In this document: positions 35,608-41,945 of the stretch, one piece after another | Layout: every line of letters begins with the position of its first letter | Position numbering within the stretch: the first letter of the stretch is position 1 | Origin: Octopus bimaculoides | Lineage: Eukaryota | Reading direction: 5' to 3' | Length of the DNA: 41,945 nt | NCBI RefSeq assembly: GCF_001194135.2 | Contig: NC_069002.1 | Span: forward strand, 35,327,776 to 35,369,720 | The notes under the pieces: generated by a model | Seen by the model: the letters and a program-made list of their open reading frames with translations, nothing else | Databases searched by the model: none | What the model was told of the DNA's origin: nothing | Translations under genes and position numbers: made by a program

Positions 35608-36711
35608 ACACACATCCGTATATACACATACTTACACATACACATATATGTGCAAACATTCTCATATACATTCATACACATTTTCATATACATTCAAGTC
35701 CCCAGCGCAAATATCTATTCCGATGTATGTGCATATGTGTGTGCGGGCGTGTGTGCGGGTGTGTGTGTGTGTGTGTGTGTAACATTTAGAATGGCGACAA
35801 AATCTGCCGCAGGTAACTGTGTTATGTTCTTCTGATTGTAGCAATCAGAATCAAGATAAACAGGTGGTCATCCGATAGAAAAGAACTAATTTCGTGATGT
35901 GTGTGAGTCTGTGGTTGCGTGTGTTTATTTGTTTGTGTGTGTATGTGTGTGTACTTGTATCTAACTGAGCTAACGTCTTCCAGAGAACGAATGTAGTGGT
36001 TTTCACAACTATAATAGACAAACATCTTTGCTTTTAGATAACCATCGACCTTGTCTGGAGGTTGTTTGGCGCTGGATATGATAGGAATTATATATGAGAA
36101 TTCTAAGCTAAATCGAGGGTGTGATAGTCTTTTGTACCCAAAGGGCATTTATAACTGAGATATGGGTGGTAAATATATAAATTATTTTGATAATGCAGAA
36201 TATAATGAGAAACTTAAAGAAAAGCTGATTTTTCGTATATCTCTCACAGGGAGTTGGTGCAGGAAGTACAAATTTACGGTACACAACACGCAAATATACA
36301 TACATTTACACTCAATACATAAGTGCAATTTAACCCTCAGACACAAGCAGCTACGCACCAACGCAGGCGTACGCACACACACACTCATACACACTCATGC
36401 CAGCATTTTCGCATATCCACTAACCCCACCAATATACTACGGTTGGGAGGCCGAGTTCCTTGCCTCAAACCGACGTCAGGGGAGTCGAGAAGTAGAACCG
36501 AAAATGCGTTATCTAAAATATTAACATCACGTTACACGAGATTTATGAACAGAACTAAAATGTATCCAATACCTATTAGAATAACACTAAATATAAAAAT
36601 ACTACAGAACACCCAAGTAACATCGTTTAGTTCTACTTAGATTAATAAAGGAGAATTAAGTGATATATGAACTATTGAATATAGCAAATGAGGAGTAAAA
36701 CCTGATACACG

Positions 36712-36975
36712 AGTGGGAGTGGCGCTGTGGAAAGGTGTTTGCGGTGGTCCTTTGAGAAGTATCTTCCATTATAGCCTTGGGCCAACCAACGCATTGCGAG
36801 CGGATATTTTAGACGGAAACTAGTTTTGGTTTCTTTACATCCCCACAACTTCGCGGTTCGGTAAAAGAGAAACGATAATTAACGGACTTTTCAAAAGAAG
36901 TAGTTGGCTTGATTCATCCATCTAAAATCCTTTTAAAGCAGTGCCTCAACATGGTTGCACTCTAATGACTGAACT
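36712..36975 (+). mobile_element. Composite SINE B+C lacking the central microsatellite, degenerate
   Basis: ggagtggcgctgtgg...tatagccttgggccaaccaa...agacggaaact joined to cgcggttcggtaaaagag...caacatggttgcactctaatgactgaac. Confidence 0.75.
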
Positions 36976-37165
36976 ATGTAGAAGGCATTCAAAAAACCAT
37001 CAAACGAGAAGTTAATGTCTTAAGATACTAAGGCTGACTGCTATAAAAAGAAACAGTGTTCAGTTGTTTTATCATGATGTCCTGATGGGAAAAAAATAGT
37101 CAGATTTTTCTCAATTTTCAAAGAACCTCATCACTTAAAAGAAAATCTCCAGAAACGATTATGAT

Positions 37166-37355
37166 CAGGAGTGGATGTGTAGTAAGTAGCTTGCTTACCA
37201 ACCACATGGTCCCGGGTTCAGTCCCACTGCGTGGCACCTTGGGCAAGTATTATTATTCAGGTCACTGCTTGGCGTAGTACTAATTTTTTTTTCAAGTAAA
37301 ACCATCCAACACGTTACTCCAGTATGACCGCAGTCCAATGACTGCCGTAGGTAAA
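37166..37355 (+). mobile_element. SINE B head fused to the 3' end of C (internal deletion or replacement)
   Basis: aggagtggatgtgtagtaagtagcttgcttaccaaccacatggtcccgggttcagtcccactgcgtggcaccttgggcaagt...ctccagtatgaccgcagtccaatgactgc. Confidence 0.88.
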
Positions 37356-37683
37356 AGAAATATGTGGATAATTATGGAGGGCAAGCAAGTTCATGTGGTG
37401 AGTGGAAAGGCAGAAAGGAAAAGGTCATTATAAATTCATTTCATAAAACGTATCATAAGTAATATCGTTTGATGTTACCGACGATGACTTAGTCTTTGAA
37501 GAAAATATTGACGACTCTGTGGCTAGCAGAGAATTCCTATGATGAGGCGTATCCATATGACCCCCAGTAGTGACAATCGCTTTTTAGGTTTTCACCATAC
37601 AACATTACCGATTCCAATAGACGATGTCTTGCTAGGTTTTGTTGATTTATAATGGAATAAATAGTATCTGATATATTCTATAT

Positions 37684-37860
37684 TTTACTTGTATCATTCA
37701 TTCTATTCTGACCATGATGATGTAGAGCCTTGGAGAATTTAGTCGGAGAAGTCGACCCTGCAATCTCTTTTTTTAAAGGCTATTTTGATGAACTTTTAAG
37801 TTGCGGCGACGTAAACAAGCCGGAACTTGTTCTCAAGCGACGGTGCGTGACAAGCACTAA
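37684..37860 (-). mobile_element. SINE module C (outer element of a nested pair)
   Basis: ttttacttgtatcattc...ttagtcggagaagtcgaccc...aagttgcggcgacgtaaac...tcaagcgacggtg is the reverse complement of C. Confidence 0.75.
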
Positions 37861-37884
37861 TGCTAGATCAGTCTTACACGTGCG

Positions 37885-38042
37885 CGCGGTCGCAGAGATA
37901 CATTTACATATACGTAGCCACGTGGTTCTGCGTTCAGTCCAACTGCATGGCACGTTGGGCAAGCGCATACTACTATACTCTTGAACCGACCAAAACTCTG
38001 TTAGTGGATTCGGTAGACGGAAACTGAAGGAAGACTATCGTA
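37885..38042 (+). mobile_element. SINE B (inner, nested), with (TG)n tail to ~38143
   Basis: ccacgtggttctgcgttcagtccaactgcatggcacgttgggcaag...ccgaccaaaactctgttagtggattcggtagacggaaactgaaggaag. Confidence 0.85.
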
Positions 38043-38145
38043 AATGTATGTCTGTATGTGTGTTTGTGTGTGTTTGTGTGTGTGTGTTTGTGTGTGTGTG
38101 TATGTCTGTGTGTGTGTGCGTGTGTGTGTGTGTGTGTGTTTGTGT

Positions 38146-38303
38146 AAGACGGTTTCCTTTCAGTTTTCGTCTATCCAATCCACTCACTCACAAGGCTTTG
38201 ATCGACCCGTAGCTATAAGTAGAAGATATTTTCCCAAGGTGCCGTAATGAGCCCAGAGCCTTATATAGTTAGAAAGTTTGACTATTACTACACAGCATTT
38301 CCT
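38146..38303 (-). mobile_element. SINE B (outer element of a nested pair)
   Basis: gacggtttcctttcagttttcgtctatccaatccactcactcacaaggctttgatcgaccc...cccaaggtgcc...actacacagcatttcct. Confidence 0.85.
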
Positions 38304-38965
38304 GATATATATTTTTAAACGTACCTTAAATTGTGCTCCACTACAGCGACTACTCTTTTCACAGAAATATTAGTTTCTATCAGGAGGTACCCAATATATT
38401 TCCTGTTGCTTGCTGTATATTTAGAATAATTAAATATTTGCTTTGTTTGCATATTGTATGTATAGGAATTCGTTCATATTTACCGTACTTTGCTGCTTTG
38501 CAACTTCACCTTTATTAGCGATATTTTTGCATTGTCTGAGCGTAGCAGTATTCAATGTTAACAATAATGGGGTTTCTTTCACCTACAGCAAATATAATTT
38601 AGCAACATATCAAGGACAACATAAAGTCACTATTCATGATTCTCAGTATATATTGTAATTAAAGACTCAAAATCAGGTTTTTGCTAACACAATTTTTCGG
38701 TGTTTCACCATAGTGATGAAAGAAAAATGGTGTACGTGTTCCCAACTGATATAACGTATGAAGGAAGATGTAACCCAAGCGTATTTGTGTCTCATGCACT
38801 ACCACAATTGTTATATGTACATACAAACACTTGCATGCACACACGATCACGCATAGCATGCTCACACACACGAGCTCGCAAAATGCATATGAATATATAA
38901 GCTAAATGCACTCACATTTGTCCATCTATCTATCCATCGGTATATGCACCTATCTCACCCAATAC

Positions 38966-39402
38966 ACACCAGCTGGTTACCAGAACGACCTGCACCTTGT
39001 ATATATTGCAAGCTGAAGAGAGAACCCTTACTATATTTCTCCAGACGATGGCATCACGAGGCTGAACTGTTTGGGGTTATTATACCTATTTATTATCGAG
39101 AACACCGAACTGCTAGAATGATATGCTCTTCTTGAGATTTTAGTATTTTCATCTTTTATTGAGATTTTTCTTACTAGCTACTTTCCATGGGTCAAAAACA
39201 GAGATGGATGGTCGCTTATTTTTTCTATATATCGCTAGCTGAAGCGAATACCTACTATTTCTAGCAGTCGGGTGTTCGTGACTAGAGTAACCTGAAACCG
39301 ATCGGTCTCATAATCCCCTCGTCTGCTGGAGGATGATAGGGGTTCGTTCATCTGCTCGCGATATATACAGGGGTGCCGGTTGCAGCATTAATCAGCTGGT
39401 GT
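38966..39402. repeat. Diverged inverted repeat (~150-bp arms, ~140-bp spacer), family unknown
   Basis: 38966-39118 aligns to the reverse complement of 39259-39402 (acaccagctg...gcacc..tgtatatat.gc.agc.ga...gaaccc.ta...cagacga.gg.at.a.gag...gaacacc..actgctagaa). Confidence 0.85.
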
Positions 39403-39804
39403 TGGATCTGCCCGGTATCAAAACAGTTGTAACGTCGAGGAGCCATATTGATGTGGCGATAAATATTACTTCTTTGTATAGTTACAACTTTCGTATCTTA
39501 TTGAGATTTTTCTAGCTAGCTACTTTGCTTATGTGTGTGTGTTTGACGAGTGTGTATACATACACACTCACACTCGCACATACATACGTACATACATAAA
39601 TATACATATATATATATATANNNNNNNNNNNNNNNNNNNNNNNNNNNNNNNNNNNNNNNNNNNNNNNNNNNNNNNNNNNNNNNNNNNNNNNNNNNNNNNN
39701 NNNNNNNNNNNNNNNNNNNNNNNNNNNNNNNNNNNNNNNNNNNNNNNNNNNNNNNNNNNNNNNNNNNNNNNNNNNNNNNNNNNNNNNNNNNNNNNNNNNN
39801 NNNN

Positions 39805-39853
<49 letters not shown>

Positions 39854-40394
39854 ATATATATATATACACGCGTGTGTGTGTTATGTAACGTATGTATTTA
39901 TGTATGTATGCATATATACGCTTTGAATGTTGACCCAGAACTTCTTATTAACAACTTAGGAAAGCAGTTGAGAATTTCCGAGCAATAGTACTTGAAATAT
40001 GATAAGTTTCTGCACAGTTATATTGATATTTGGTCTCTTGTCACAAAAGGAAACCAGATAAAAAAAAAAAATTATTCCAAAATCAGCATGTGTTCAGTTA
40101 TTGGATTATCATGCATAGAACATCAGATATTTTTATCCAGTGAACATCTCTGTTGAACGTTCGGAACATGGTATCTCCATGAAATAGGAATTAATCTATT
40201 TTAAACTGCTGGAAGTTGGAAATATTTCATCAATGATACCAATGGATCATTTAGAGATTTGTTCAGTTTCGGTATTTCGCTGAGAATTGCAATCTTTATT
40301 TCTTCCATAGATAGAAATCAAACCTGGAACAATAAATTAAGATGCCTTCCCTACAATAGGAATTTGAGGATCTCCATGCCAGAAATGCTTAGAC

Positions 40395-40520
40395 ACTTAG
40401 AATAAGTACCATATTTTAAAAGAGGCATCAAGTTATTAGCTCAATTGATTCGACTAAAAATTCTTCAAGGCGGTGTTACAGCATGGGCGGAATCTAATGA
40501 CTGAGACAAATAAAAGAGAA
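40395..40520 (+). mobile_element. SINE module C, 3' part
   Basis: agaataagtacc...ttcgactaaaaattcttcaaggcggtgttacagcatgg...taatgactgagacaaataaaaga. Confidence 0.8.
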
Positions 40521-40576
40521 AAGAAAAACACATACATACATACGTACATACATACATACATATATATATATATATA

Positions 40577-41548
40577 NNNNNNNNNNNNNNNNNNNNNNNN
40601 NNNNNNNNNNNNNNNNNNNNNNNNNNNNNNNNNNNNNNNNNNNNNNNNNNNNNNNNNNNNNNNNNNNNNNNNNNNNNNNNNNNNNNNNNNNNNNNNNNNN
40701 NNNNNNNNNNNNNNNNNNNNNNNNNNNNNNNNNNNNNNNNNNNNNNNNNNNNNNNNNNNNNNNNNNNNNNNNNNNNNNNNNNNNNNNNNNNNNNNNNNNN
40801 NNNNNNNNNNNNNNNNNNNNNNNNNNNNNNNNNNNNNNNNNNNNNNNNNNNNNNNNNNNNNNNNNNNNNNNNNNNNNNNNNNNNNNNNNNNNNNNNNNNN
40901 NNNNNNNNNNNNNNNNNNNNNNNNNNNNNNNNNNNNNNNNNNNNNNNNNNNNNNNNNNNNNNNNNNNNNNNNNNNNNNNNNNNNNNNNNNNNNNNNNNNN
41001 NNNNNNNNNNNNNNNNNNNNNNNNNNNNNNNNNNNNNNNNNNNNNNNNNNNNNNNNNNNNNNNNNNNNNNNNNNNNNNNNNNNNNNNNNNNNNNNNNNNN
41101 NNNNNNNNNNNNNNNNNNNNNNNNNNNNNNNNNNNNNNNNNNNNNNNNNNNNNNNNNNNNNNNNNNNNNNNNNNNNNNNNNNNNNNNNNNNNNNNNNNNN
41201 NNNNNNNNNNNNNNNNNNNNNNNNNNNNNNNNNNNNNNNNNNNNNNNNNNNNNNNNNNNNNNNNNNNNNNNNNNNNNNNNNNNNNNNNNNNNNNNNNNNN
41301 NNNNNNNNNNNNNNNNNNNNNNNNNNNNNNNNNNNNNNNNNNNNNNNNNNNNNNNNNNNNNNNNNNNNNNNNNNNNNNNNNNNNNNNNNNNNNNNNNNNN
41401 NNNNNNNNNNNNNNNNNNNNNNNNNNNNNNNNNNNNNNNNNNNNNNNNNNNNNNNNNNNNNNNNNNNNNNNNNNNNNNNNNNNNNNNNNNNNNNNNNNNN
41501 NNNNNNNNNNNNNNNNNNNNNNNNNNNNNNNNNNNNNNNNNNNNNNNN
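40577..41548. other. Largest assembly gap; others at approximately 6606-6641, 8776-9237, 12572-13345, 20230-20677, 23415-23486, 24421-25035, 25854-25919, 31381-31540, 31835-32116, 32446-32871, 35341-35447 and 39621-39804
   Basis: N runs, nearly all bordered by (TA)n or other microsatellites. Confidence 0.98.
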
Positions 41549-41910
41549 TATATATATATATATATATGGTGTAAATAGGTGAATGCGATTATCAGTTAAA
41601 TAAGTCTAAAGATACAAAGAAAAATAAGTGCGTGTGCATGTGTGTACGTCTGTGTGTGAGTGTATGTGTGCATGTGTGTATGTGCGTGTGCGTGCATGCG
41701 TGCGTGCACGTGTGTGCGCGTGTGTGCTTACGCTTCTGTATGTAGGTCTCTGTATGTACACGAGATTCTGTCTGTGAATACTGATATGTCTACACGCGTG
41801 TATATAGCAAAATACATACATAATTAAACAAACACACACACACTTCGATTCATATATACATACATACATACATACATACATACATACGTACATACATATA
41901 CATATATATA

Positions 41911-41945
<35 letters not shown>

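Noticed and set aside
37459-37542. Acidic peptide VISFDVTDDDLVFEENIDDSVASREFL*
   Set aside because: Only 27 codons, bounded by stops, with no splice signals; possibly a TE relic but unsupported.

Overview
Eukaryotic, AT-rich, microsatellite-dense non-coding (intronic or intergenic) DNA from a draft assembly, with 13 N-gaps totalling about 4.6 kb. The repeat families look like those I recognise from octopus genomes (taxon is an inference). No protein-coding gene can be identified with confidence, and almost all ORFs in the supplied track come from simple repeats or N-gaps. Supported content: about 25 copies or fragments of tRNA-derived SINEs in two architectures (family A; composite B-microsatellite-C), four orphan tRNA-like heads or pseudogenes, a decayed RTE (Expander/Rex3-like) LINE 3' end, an R4/Dong-like RT fragment, a hAT MITE, a probable piggyBac C-terminal remnant, and many micro- and minisatellites. 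Best leads: a Myb/SANT-like short ORF at 4.6-4.95 kb, an unexplained ~150-bp foldback at 39.0-39.4 kb, a nested SINE forming an inverted pair at 37.7-38.3 kb, conserved stem-loops in the SINEs, and repeat-free islands with splice or promoter signals at 14.8-15.4 kb and 27.0 kb. I found no convincing evidence of a large novel multi-gene system.
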